A DNA stretch of 64,000 nt from an uncultured Acidobacteriota bacterium. Lineage in GTDB: Bacteria; Acidobacteriota; Terriglobia; Acidiferrales; UBA7541. Positions within the stretch are counted from its first letter, which is position 1. Each line of letters begins with the position of its first letter. Both the position numbers and the translations under genes were made by a program. The notes under the pieces are model-generated. The model was not told the DNA's origin and did no database searches. It saw only the letters and a list, made by a program, of their open reading frames with translations. Shown piece by piece: positions 29,697-37,672 of this stretch. The DNA lies in contig CAVOIS010000006.1 in the NCBI GenBank assembly GCA_963696035.1, forward strand, positions 180,486 to 244,485, in the 5' to 3' direction.

Positions 29697-30878
29697 ATGG
29701 AGGAAGAAATGGACACCAGAGCGCGACTGTTTTTGCTCTTGGCCGTTGCGATCGGCGTTTCATTTGTGGCTCGGCCAGTTTCAGCCAATACGGCGACCCT
29801 TAAGTGTAATTCTCAGCGGGATCAAATCTGGGTCTATGACTCCCTCAGCACCTTCGATGTCGAGGCAAAGCTGAAATGCGGGGAGCACGTCGAAATCGTT
29901 GGGCGTGTGACGGACTACGTCAAGATTCGCGCTCAAAATGGAGTCGAGGGCTACGTCCCGGAAGCCGCCTTGGCCGATTTGCCGCCGGTCGAAATTCACC
30001 CTGACCCGACCCATGACGTTGCCCTGGTCGCGAAGCAAGTCCAGGCGAAGGAAATCGCGAAAGCCGCGGCGGCTAGCGCTTTTCCTGCCCCTGTTGATTC
30101 GAGCCGTTCAGAATTCGCGCCCCTGTCTGGTTCGGTTGCTACAACGCCAGCGAAGACCACGACAGAGAGCGAGTCGATTTCCAGTGACTCGGCCGCATCG
30201 TTTAGTGCTTTCGCCGAAATGAATCCTACGCCAGCATCTCCAAGGGCCACATCATCGACCGACGCTGCGGAGACATCTTCCACTCAGCCAACAGTCGCAA
30301 ATCCATCTTCATCGCCCAGCATATCGGTCGTCGATGCGACCGCTGCAAGAATCGTCAAGCCGCCTGCTACTGCGAAGGGTCCGCCGGGTGATTCCGCTGA
30401 GATTTCCGATCTCCAGCCGCGAAATGAAAACGCGGACGTCGCCTGTCAGAAGTATTTTTCCGCATACGGCCTGACGCCTAGCCAGGTGAAATGGATTGCC
30501 CAAAATCGGAAAAGGTTATTTTCGAATGTCTGCCCGGCTCCTGATCCTTCGAAAGTTGACTTTGTGATTATCTTTACCCACGACGTGGATTTTTTTAGTA
30601 CCACGATGCCCGAGCCGGTTCACAAGACCAGCGGGTTTTCCGATTTCACGCCGATGACGCCGATCGACACTGCCCTCGTGCCTGAATCCGAGGCGGACAA
30701 AGCACACCGTGAATATGTTTGGATATTTCAATTCGCGAAGGGCACCTTCGATCCGGCCAGTTTCTCTCCGCACTCCCAATATCAATTCTCGAAAATGGAA
30801 ACCAGCTCGCTCGGTTCCAAGGGAAGTCTCAAGACCGTCGCGGATGCTTTTCAATTTGTGGCTGCCGCAAGCCACTGA
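29697..30878 (+). CDS. secreted SH3b-domain protein with Ser/Thr/Ala-rich linker and uncharacterised C-terminal domain
   Basis: Signal peptide (alternative start MDTRAR at 29709). SH3b-like block GEHVEIVGRVTDYVKIRAQNGVEGYVPEAAL. Low-complexity linker. The C-terminal ~150 aa are paralogous to ORF 44498..45064. Confidence 0.65.
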   Translation: MEEEMDTRARLFLLLAVAIGVSFVARPVSANTATLKCNSQRDQIWVYDSLSTFDVEAKLKCGEHVEIVGRVTDYVKIRAQNGVEGYVPEAALADLPPVEIHPDPTHDVALVAKQVQAKEIAKAAAASAFPAPVDSSRSEFAPLSGSVATTPAKTTTESESISSDSAASFSAFAEMNPTPASPRATSSTDAAETSSTQPTVANPSSSPSISVVDATAARIVKPPATAKGPPGDSAEISDLQPRNENADVACQKYFSAYGLTPSQVKWIAQNRKRLFSNVCPAPDPSKVDFVIIFTHDVDFFSTTMPEPVHKTSGFSDFTPMTPIDTALVPESEADKAHREYVWIFQFAKGTFDPASFSPHSQYQFSKMETSSLGSKGSLKTVADAFQFVAAASH

Positions 30879-31051
30879 GATTCAGCTGGAAGATAGCAAG
30901 GTTTGGTTCTTCGTGGGCTTCGATCCGCGCATCCATTGTTAGAGTTGCGCATTCATGACTTCATCGTCGTGTCGGACGGTGGTCGCCGAGAAACCAGTTT
31001 CACGTTCCGCTTCTGATTGCGACGCTTCGGCGTGAACAGATGGGAGGTCTG

Positions 31052-31255
31052 TTAGCGACGAAGGTTAATTTGCGAGGGGTCCACCTCGTAGCCCTCGTCC
31101 TCTACAATTTTCTGGGCAGCTGAGCGAAGAGTCTGCTCGCCTGCATTCTTCGGTGCGTCGCAATAACGGCGAATCACTTCCTCGCCAGATTCGATTCGAA
31201 TCACCCACTTCGACTTGGCCGTATCCCATAAGACTTCCACGTGGTCTGGACGCAT
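31052..31255 (-). CDS. 67-aa hypothetical protein (paralogue of 60217..60420)
   Basis: ATG 31255 preceded by GGAGGAAGCC. MRPDHVEVLWDTAKSKWVIRIESGEEVIRRYCDAPKNAGEQTLRSAAQKIVEDEGYEVDPSQINLRR. A near-identical copy lies 29 kb away. Confidence 0.6.
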   Translation of the reverse strand: MRPDHVEVLWDTAKSKWVIRIESGEEVIRRYCDAPKNAGEQTLRSAAQKIVEDEGYEVDPSQINLRR

Positions 31256-31296
31256 GGCTTCCTCCACTGCAATCTACACGACATTGTAGTGCAGGC
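31256..31296 (-). promoter_or_regulatory. conserved leader/promoter of the 67-aa gene (TACAAT -10-like box)
   Basis: Minus strand reads TGCACTACAATGTCGTGTAGATTGCAGTGGAGGAAGCC-ATG. The paralogous copy reads TGCACTATAATCTCGTGTAGATCGCAGTCGGAGGAAACC-ATG. No convincing -35. Confidence 0.4.
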
Positions 31297-31558
31297 TTCC
31301 GTCTTGGAGAGTCCAGTTTCTCCGCTCATCGGAAACGATCGCCTTGACCCCTCCGCGGCCGCAGGGTCGGTCGGCCTGAAATTATCTAAGCCCTTTCCCT
31401 CTCTGGGGATAGTCGTTCGCTCTATTCAACAGTTCGTACGTATTTCGATGCGCTTGGGTGAATGGTCCGACAACGACAGCACCGGGCCATTTACTTTTGC
31501 AACCTTCTTCGTTAGCTTTCTATCCCCGGCCAATCATCATATGATCTCGAGGTGACAC

Positions 31559-32503
31559 ATGAGAAGAACGACTGCCGTTGGTGCGGCGGTTTCGCTTCTG
31601 CTCGGCGGCGTCCTTTTGCCTTGTGATGCAAAACAACTGAACGTCTCGCAGGACTTGGGGATACAGCAGGGGCCCAAGGTGCAGACATTCAGCGGGAAAA
31701 TCGTCTCCCAAAACGACGTGCGGTTGGTTTTGAGGGACGACGATAATAATGTCTGGTACCACTTAGATGATCAACAGAAGGCCCGCCAACTCTTTGGCAA
31801 AGATGTCCTGGTCACCGGCACCTTGGACGGGCTTACAGGTACAATTCGCGTTCAGAGCATCGTGGAAGGGAAACCTCCTGAGAAGCCTCCCGTTCAGAGC
31901 GAGGAGATGAAACAGAATAACGAACCGGCCAGAGGCGCAACGGCTCCCCCGGCAAGCACTGGTACTGTTGCTCCTCGTGCACGGCAGGTAAGTCCAACCC
32001 AAGAGCCGGTTGGCAATGTATCTAAGCCGCGTTTAGATGCTCAAGTTTCCTCGGAGAGCGAGGCTTTGCACCGCCCGCAAGGCGACGTGTCGACCAGTCC
32101 CGTACCGCAACCGACCCCGACCTTCTTTCTAACTTTGCCCGATGAAGCAGTGAGTGCATCGTCTTCCGTTGCGATCAGCTCTCGCCGTTTGATCCCGACA
32201 CCTCCCGGCTTCAAGCCGCAAGGACAGAACAAGAATTTGCTGGTTGGTCGACTGCTCAGACGCGTCGATCCTTCCTACCCCCTAGAGGCTGTGCAGCAAC
32301 GGATTGAAGGAACGGTGCAGTTACATGCCGTGATAGGCAAGGACGGAAAAATCCAGAGCCTCGAACCGGTCAGTGGCCCACCTTTGCTTGTGGGATCTGC
32401 GGAAATTGCTGTTCGCGAGTGGCGCTACGGTCCAACTCTTCTTGATGGACGTCCGATTCAAACTCAGGCGGATATCCGCCTCATATTCCGGCTCCCAAGT
32501 TAG
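31559..32503 (+). CDS. TonB C-terminal domain protein
   Basis: Signal peptide, Pro/Ser-rich spacer, and TonB_C block VDPSYPLEAVQQRIEGTVQLHAVIGKDGKIQSLEPVSGPPLL ... AVREWRYGPTLLDGRPIQ. Confidence 0.75.
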   Translation: MRRTTAVGAAVSLLLGGVLLPCDAKQLNVSQDLGIQQGPKVQTFSGKIVSQNDVRLVLRDDDNNVWYHLDDQQKARQLFGKDVLVTGTLDGLTGTIRVQSIVEGKPPEKPPVQSEEMKQNNEPARGATAPPASTGTVAPRARQVSPTQEPVGNVSKPRLDAQVSSESEALHRPQGDVSTSPVPQPTPTFFLTLPDEAVSASSSVAISSRRLIPTPPGFKPQGQNKNLLVGRLLRRVDPSYPLEAVQQRIEGTVQLHAVIGKDGKIQSLEPVSGPPLLVGSAEIAVREWRYGPTLLDGRPIQTQADIRLIFRLPS

Positions 32504-32508
32504 CTGAA

Positions 32509-32556
32509 GGATTTGCGACCCCGGCATGTTTGAAATCAGCCCCCGGGTCGCAAATC
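32509..32556 (+). terminator. long hairpin after the TonB-C gene
   Basis: GGATTTGCGACCCCGG (32509-32524) pairs with CCCCGGGTCGCAAATC (32541-32556) around a 16-nt loop. It starts 6 nt after the stop. No U-tract. Confidence 0.5.
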
Positions 32557-32715
32557 TCGATCATGTTGGGTTCTATCCCGACTATTCCTAGCGCCACGCG
32601 GTCGCCTCTAATTCCTCGACGGTCCTGTGTTCGGACAAATCCCCAACAATACATTCGCCGGGTTCACATGCCCGGTGACGCGCGAACATATGCGATTGCT
32701 AACGACTGCTTTGAT

Positions 32716-32919
32716 CTAGGCCCGCAACAAGATAGGCGTCCCGCTTTCGGTGACGTAATAGTTCGCAGCTACGAAAACGGCTCGACAATATGGGCAGGCC
32801 TCGCGTCCCGCGCGCGGCCTGGGAGGTCTGCGAAGTGAATTGGTATCTGAGTTCCCGCGGTCTTCCAACACAATCTGAGCGCTGCAATTCTTACAGCGAC
32901 AGCATACGTACGTATACAT
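32716..32919 (-). CDS. 67-aa putative zinc-ribbon protein
   Basis: Internal ATG 32919 is preceded by GGAAGGAGAACATCCA. MYTYVCCRCKNCSAQIV ... CPYCRAVF gives a CxxC...CxxC pair. Confidence 0.45.
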   Translation of the reverse strand: MYTYVCCRCKNCSAQIVLEDRGNSDTNSLRRPPRPRAGREACPYCRAVFVAANYYVTESGTPILLRA

Positions 32920-33156
32920 TGGATGTTCTCCTTCCGTGGCCGGCAACCAGTGACCCTGGGGTGTGCGTGACGTGTGAACCGCTGCGAACCGGCTTTTATC
33001 GAAGAGAAGAGCTTCCAAGGTTATTCCGGTTCACGGCTCTTCAGTTTAGGACAAGAATCCGTCGAGAAGTGCGGCGGAAGGATGTTCGACTACTCTGAGA
33101 GTATAAGTCTGGTCGAGCCTACAATCCACTGCAACCTGCAAATAAATGGAGCTGGC

Positions 33157-33265
33157 GACCCAAAAGCGCCCTGCGACGGCTCTTGCTCAGAAAAGAACTT
33201 GGCTTTCCACTTCCTTACACGCAGCCGCCGGGTAGGTCGAAAGTTTTTTTCGATCCGAGATCACA
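33157..33265 (+). repeat. dispersed repeat R3, copy 1
   Basis: GACCCAAAAGCGCCCTGCGACGG..CTCAGAAAAGAACTTGGCTTTCCACTTCCTTACACGCAGCCGCCGGGTAGGTCG.. matches 46634-46745 in the same orientation. Confidence 0.6.
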
Positions 33266-33665
33266 GCGAGAACCATGAATACACCGGTCACGACTGGATC
33301 CAAACCAACTATCGTCGATAATTACAAACAGTCCGCGATCTTTTTGCGCGAAATACACTCAAATATGTAGTAAACCCCGTGTTGGCGCAACGGGTCGCCA
33401 GCCTCAACTTCGCCGATTCCTTGACAACACGCACCGGCCTATGGTTTAGGGCAACGACGGTCGGAAATCCAAATTTTCAACCTCAACGAAGGATTCCCGA
33501 TTCGGGAGGTGCCCGATGCCACTGGATATCACGAGTTTCACGCTGGTAGACAAGCCGGTAACTTTCCAAGAAGGCATAAAAATTTGGGAACGCGACGGCT
33601 ACCGCTGCCGCTACGGTGGGCTCGACAGCAACGTCAGCTTCGAAAACGCGTTGGTGATGGTTGTA

Positions 33666-33770
33666 TGAATAATCGCCTGGTCGCGCTGTCCGTTGCCGTT
33701 CTCGGCGCGACGGTCTTTGCGTCGTCCGCGCGAGCTCAAAGACGCTTCGCGTCTGCTCCAGCGAGTCGGC
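33666..33770 (+). pseudogene. truncated duplicate of the 28902 gene (signal-peptide fragment only)
   Basis: MNNRLVALSVAVLGATVFASSARAQRRFASAP versus MNNRLVALFLAILGATVFVPSAQAQRHVASVP. Similarity stops where the opposite-strand GNAT gene begins. Confidence 0.55.
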
Positions 33771-34320
33771 CGAATCGCTTTGCCATCTTTACAATCGGCA
33801 GCACCTCTCCGTTGCCAAGACGGACTTCCAAATTCTCCAACGACACGTACCCCTGCGCCTGATAAAAAGCCACGCCGCTGAGGGTTGCGCCCATCTCAAG
33901 GCGCGTGAAGCCCGCCTCCCTGGCCGCCTTCTCACAGGCTTCGAGGATCAAGGCGCCGATGCCACGCCGCGTCCACTTCGGGTGTGTGAAAAACGCTCGA
34001 ATCTTCGCCGCATCCCTCGCCGGGTCCAGGAGTAAGTCGTCGCGCCCCGCGCATTGGTCACCTCCATACAGCGTCTTGCGGGTGCTCCACCCGCCACAGC
34101 CGACGATCTCGGGTGTCGCCTCCTCGGATTCCACGACCTCTGCGACCAGATACGTTCCGTCGGCAATGAGTTGGCTGTCGACCCCATATACCGACCTCAG
34201 CGCGCCTTCAATCTGTGCAGGCGAATAGTTATCGGCTTGCAAGGATCGCACGGAGGCCTCAATTACTTCACGCAGCCGAGGAACATCGAGCTCGGTCGCC
34301 TTTCGTACATGAATGATCAC
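33736..34320 (-). CDS. GNAT family N-acetyltransferase
   Basis: Acetyl-CoA binding region IRAFFTHPKWTRRGIGALILEACEKAAREAGFTRLEM. Confidence 0.9.
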   Translation of the reverse strand: MIIHVRKATELDVPRLREVIEASVRSLQADNYSPAQIEGALRSVYGVDSQLIADGTYLVAEVVESEEATPEIVGCGGWSTRKTLYGGDQCAGRDDLLLDPARDAAKIRAFFTHPKWTRRGIGALILEACEKAAREAGFTRLEMGATLSGVAFYQAQGYVSLENLEVRLGNGEVLPIVKMAKRFGRLAGADAKRL

Positions 34321-34558
34321 TGTGTTGCGTGCCTCATCGAATTCGCGACATTCTAACCGGAATCTACTCTTTCGACGTTGAGAACCCCAAATCTACATTC
34401 ATGCCGACTGTCGCAAGCGATGCAAGCCATTCGGGCGCAAGCCCCCTAGGATCAGACGAACAGAATTCACTGCGCGTCAGTAAACACAAACCGCAGGGCG
34501 TGCGCAACGCGATGCAACTTTTAGCGCTGCGATCGTGACCCAAAGCGACTCGTTGTGC

Positions 34559-35596
34559 TCAGTGTTTTTTAGGCGGCAAATATTTTTTGTCAACTTTGGC
34601 GATCACTACGTAATTCGGGTCAACCATTTCAGTGAGATGAATCTTTGCTACTTGGGAGAGCAGCTCGTAGGCGTCGAGTTCAGACAAGCCGTAGTCGGCG
34701 TGAATCCACGCGACCAGTTGGGTAAAGGCAATCCGCAAGGCGTCGTCCACGGGACGGTAAATTCCGGCGGCCATGATTTCGTCTTGATTTTCAAACCGTG
34801 GCCAGTCAATTTTCTGGCCTTTCAACACCGTAACGCGTAAGCGAACGTGCAGCGGAACTTCGATCGCCGTACCGGCAACTTCTCCATCGCCCATCGCCGC
34901 GTGGCCATCACCGATATAGAGCAGCGCGCCGGGCACATTCACAGGAAGATAGAGAGTATTCCCGACGCTGGCTTCCGGTGTGTCCATATTTCCACCAAAT
35001 TCCGCGGGCACCACGGAGCTTCTGGCTTCACCACCCGCGGGACACACGCCGATGCATCCAAGGAAAGGGTGGAGCGGAATATCGACGGAGAAATTCGCAT
35101 CGTGCGCTTCAAAGGTCGCGGTGCCTTCGTTCTGGTGAATCGGGTAGAGCCAGATATGTTCCGGCAACGGCGGATTGATCATCGGGGTGTAGTTTGTCGA
35201 ATTGATTGCACCGAAGCCGGGAGCAAACGCGCCAATACCCTGCGGCCCGGTCACTTTCAGCGCGAGAAACTCGATAGCGATCGTATCGCCCACTTCGGCA
35301 CCCTCGACATAAAACGGCCCCGTCAGCGGATTGTCACCTCTTACCAGTGCCAGCGTATCGCCCGGCTTTTGAATCGCACCGCCAAAACAGTCGAGGGTGT
35401 TGGTGTCGAGGATGTCGCCGGAGGCGAGTCGCACGACGGGATCGGCCACGCCATAAACATATTTCACGGTATTGATCGTCGCATGATATTGCACGACGTG
35501 CGGCGGCGCGGCTTGTGCATGGAGTGCGCAAGAGAATGGCATGATCGCAAAGAACAAGAGCCACAATCGAGTTCGCATCGGCAAATCCTCCAGCAA
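34559..35596 (-). CDS. acetamidase/formamidase family protein (with signal peptide)
   Basis: FGGNMDTPEASVGNTLYLPVNVPGALLYIGDGHAAMGDGEVAGTAIE is the FmdA/AmdA signature. N-terminus LWLLFFAIMPFSCALHAQA. Confidence 0.85.
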   Translation of the reverse strand: MLEDLPMRTRLWLLFFAIMPFSCALHAQAAPPHVVQYHATINTVKYVYGVADPVVRLASGDILDTNTLDCFGGAIQKPGDTLALVRGDNPLTGPFYVEGAEVGDTIAIEFLALKVTGPQGIGAFAPGFGAINSTNYTPMINPPLPEHIWLYPIHQNEGTATFEAHDANFSVDIPLHPFLGCIGVCPAGGEARSSVVPAEFGGNMDTPEASVGNTLYLPVNVPGALLYIGDGHAAMGDGEVAGTAIEVPLHVRLRVTVLKGQKIDWPRFENQDEIMAAGIYRPVDDALRIAFTQLVAWIHADYGLSELDAYELLSQVAKIHLTEMVDPNYVVIAKVDKKYLPPKKH

Positions 35597-35740
35597 AGGC
35601 CAACCGCGATCAATGTTTTCAGTGGCGCGCGAATCGCCGATCGATAATTCCGCCGAACAGACGATGCCTCGGTCGACGATCGCGCATCAAGCAGAGCCCA
35701 ACAGCGGCTTCCATTCGCTTCTTTGAGCTTCGACAACACG

Positions 35741-37609
35741 CTAATTTCGCCCGATCACCGCTGTTGATGTTGCGACCCCCGATGATGTGCGGGGTGGGTT
35801 TTCACTGACAAGCTTCTGCTTCTTCTGGGGCAAACTTTGCAGTCTATCGAGATAGGTCGCAATGCCGCGGTATAGGCCCTCGGCCACACGCTGGCGCTGG
35901 CCGCTCTCGAGCAGCAGGTTCTCGTCGCTCGCATTGTTGACAAAGGAAATCTCCGAAAGCACCGCAGGCATGCTGGCGCCGATCAAAACGACGAAGGGTG
36001 CCTGCTTCACCCCGCGGTTGGTCTCGCGGCGGCTCACGAGCTGGAGTTTCTGCGAGAGCGCGCTTTGGATATCCACGGCAAGCTGTTTCGATTCCACAAT
36101 CTTCTGGTCGCGTGTGATCTTCCTGATCAGTTCCGGAAGATCGTGGAGGGAAGACTGCGCGAGCGCGTTTTCGCGCGTCGCGAGTTCCGTGGATTCCGGA
36201 GAGGCTGTCAGACTGAGGGAGTAGGTTTCGACGCCGCGCGCGTCGCGGTTCTCGCTAGAATTCGCGTGAATCGAGATGAATAGGTCCGCGTTGGCGCCAT
36301 TGGCGATCGCCGTGCGCTCTTCCAGCGAAACGTGCCTGTCGTCCTTGCGTGTGTAAACTACTTCCACACGCGGAATGTTTTCCTCTATCATTTGGCCCAG
36401 CCGCTGCGCCACATCGAGGCATAGGGTTTTCTCGAGCAGCCCGTGGGGCCCGATCGTGCCCGTATCATACCCCCCGTGACCGGGATCAATCGCGATGCGG
36501 TTGATCTTCAGCCCCAATTCCCGTGTCAGTGAGAGTTGACTTTCATGATTGGCGCTTAGCTCCGGCGGCGCCTTGGCCGCAACGTACTTAGGCGCGTCCG
36601 AGCTCAGACCGCGCGGCAGGGCTAGGCCTGCCGATAGCAGAATGACAACGAGGGCGCCCGTCCAAAGACCCCAGCCAGGCGAGCGAGACTCCGCGAGCGG
36701 CTTGTACGAAAGCTGTGCCGGCGCAGGAACGCCGGCAGCCTCCACAGAATCGGTGTCCCCATGCGAAGGCGATAGCGTCGGCGTCGGACGAACAGCAACC
36801 CCAACGTCCAACCCACGATCCGCCTTCTCGACGATGTCCCGCGACACCGTGGGGCGTCCTTGGGCATGTGCTTCCAACAAGGCATGGAAGCAGATGTTGT
36901 TGATGTTCCTCGGAATGCCCTGGCTTCGCTCGGCGACCAGAGCCACGGCCTCCGGCTCAAATAGCGCGCCGCCGCTATGGCCCGCCACTTTAAGCCGGTG
37001 CCGGATATAACCGGCCGTTTCCTCCAGTGACAGGGCTTCCAGATGCTTCACCACCGTAATGCGCTGTAGCAGTTGCGCCAGCTGCTTCTGCCGCAGTTTC
37101 TCCCCGAGTTGCGACTGCCCGGCCAGAACGATTTGCAGCAATTTGGTGTGTGACGTCTCGAAGTTCGAAAGCAGCCGGATGGTTTCGAGCACCGAATCGT
37201 CCAGGTTTTGCGCCTCATCGACGATCAGGACGAATCGCCTGCCCGCCAGCATTTCAGCAAACAACATTTCATTCAATTTGTTGTGCATGGCCACAAGTCC
37301 CATGCCCGTCGAATCGACCCCTAGCTCGCTCAGAAGGTATTGGAAGAATTCGCGCGAGTTGCACTGCGTCTGGAACAGGTACGCGGCACGCGCTCTATCG
37401 CGCAGTCCCTCGAGCACTTGATATAGGAGCGTGGTCTTGCCCATGCCCGGCTCTGCGATCAGCGCCAGAAATCCCCGTCCGCCCAGAATTCCCTCTGTGA
37501 GCGAGTCGAGCGCCTCGCAGTGCGTCCGGCTCGGGTACAGATACGCCGGGTCGGGCGTGACGCCAAACGGCTGCTGGTGCAAATGATAAAAATCGAGAAA
37601 CATACGCAT
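35741..37609 (-). CDS. ExeA/GspA-like AAA+ ATPase fused via one TM helix to an N-acetylmuramoyl-L-alanine amidase (Amidase_3) domain
   Basis: N-terminus: FGVTPDPAYLYPSRTH, Walker A AEPGMGKTT, Walker B FVLIVDEAQNL, LLQIVLAGQ. TM: GWGLWTGALVVILLSAGLAL. C-terminus: IAIDPGHGGYDTGT ... DLFISIHANS ... GVETYS ... PAVLSEISFVNN. Confidence 0.85.
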   Translation of the reverse strand: MRMFLDFYHLHQQPFGVTPDPAYLYPSRTHCEALDSLTEGILGGRGFLALIAEPGMGKTTLLYQVLEGLRDRARAAYLFQTQCNSREFFQYLLSELGVDSTGMGLVAMHNKLNEMLFAEMLAGRRFVLIVDEAQNLDDSVLETIRLLSNFETSHTKLLQIVLAGQSQLGEKLRQKQLAQLLQRITVVKHLEALSLEETAGYIRHRLKVAGHSGGALFEPEAVALVAERSQGIPRNINNICFHALLEAHAQGRPTVSRDIVEKADRGLDVGVAVRPTPTLSPSHGDTDSVEAAGVPAPAQLSYKPLAESRSPGWGLWTGALVVILLSAGLALPRGLSSDAPKYVAAKAPPELSANHESQLSLTRELGLKINRIAIDPGHGGYDTGTIGPHGLLEKTLCLDVAQRLGQMIEENIPRVEVVYTRKDDRHVSLEERTAIANGANADLFISIHANSSENRDARGVETYSLSLTASPESTELATRENALAQSSLHDLPELIRKITRDQKIVESKQLAVDIQSALSQKLQLVSRRETNRGVKQAPFVVLIGASMPAVLSEISFVNNASDENLLLESGQRQRVAEGLYRGIATYLDRLQSLPQKKQKLVSENPPRTSSGVATSTAVIGRN

Positions 37610-37672
37610 GCCCCCCTTCTATCGGCGGCGCAAGGCAGATAGCCTTATCAGATCTCCTGCATCCGAAGGTTA

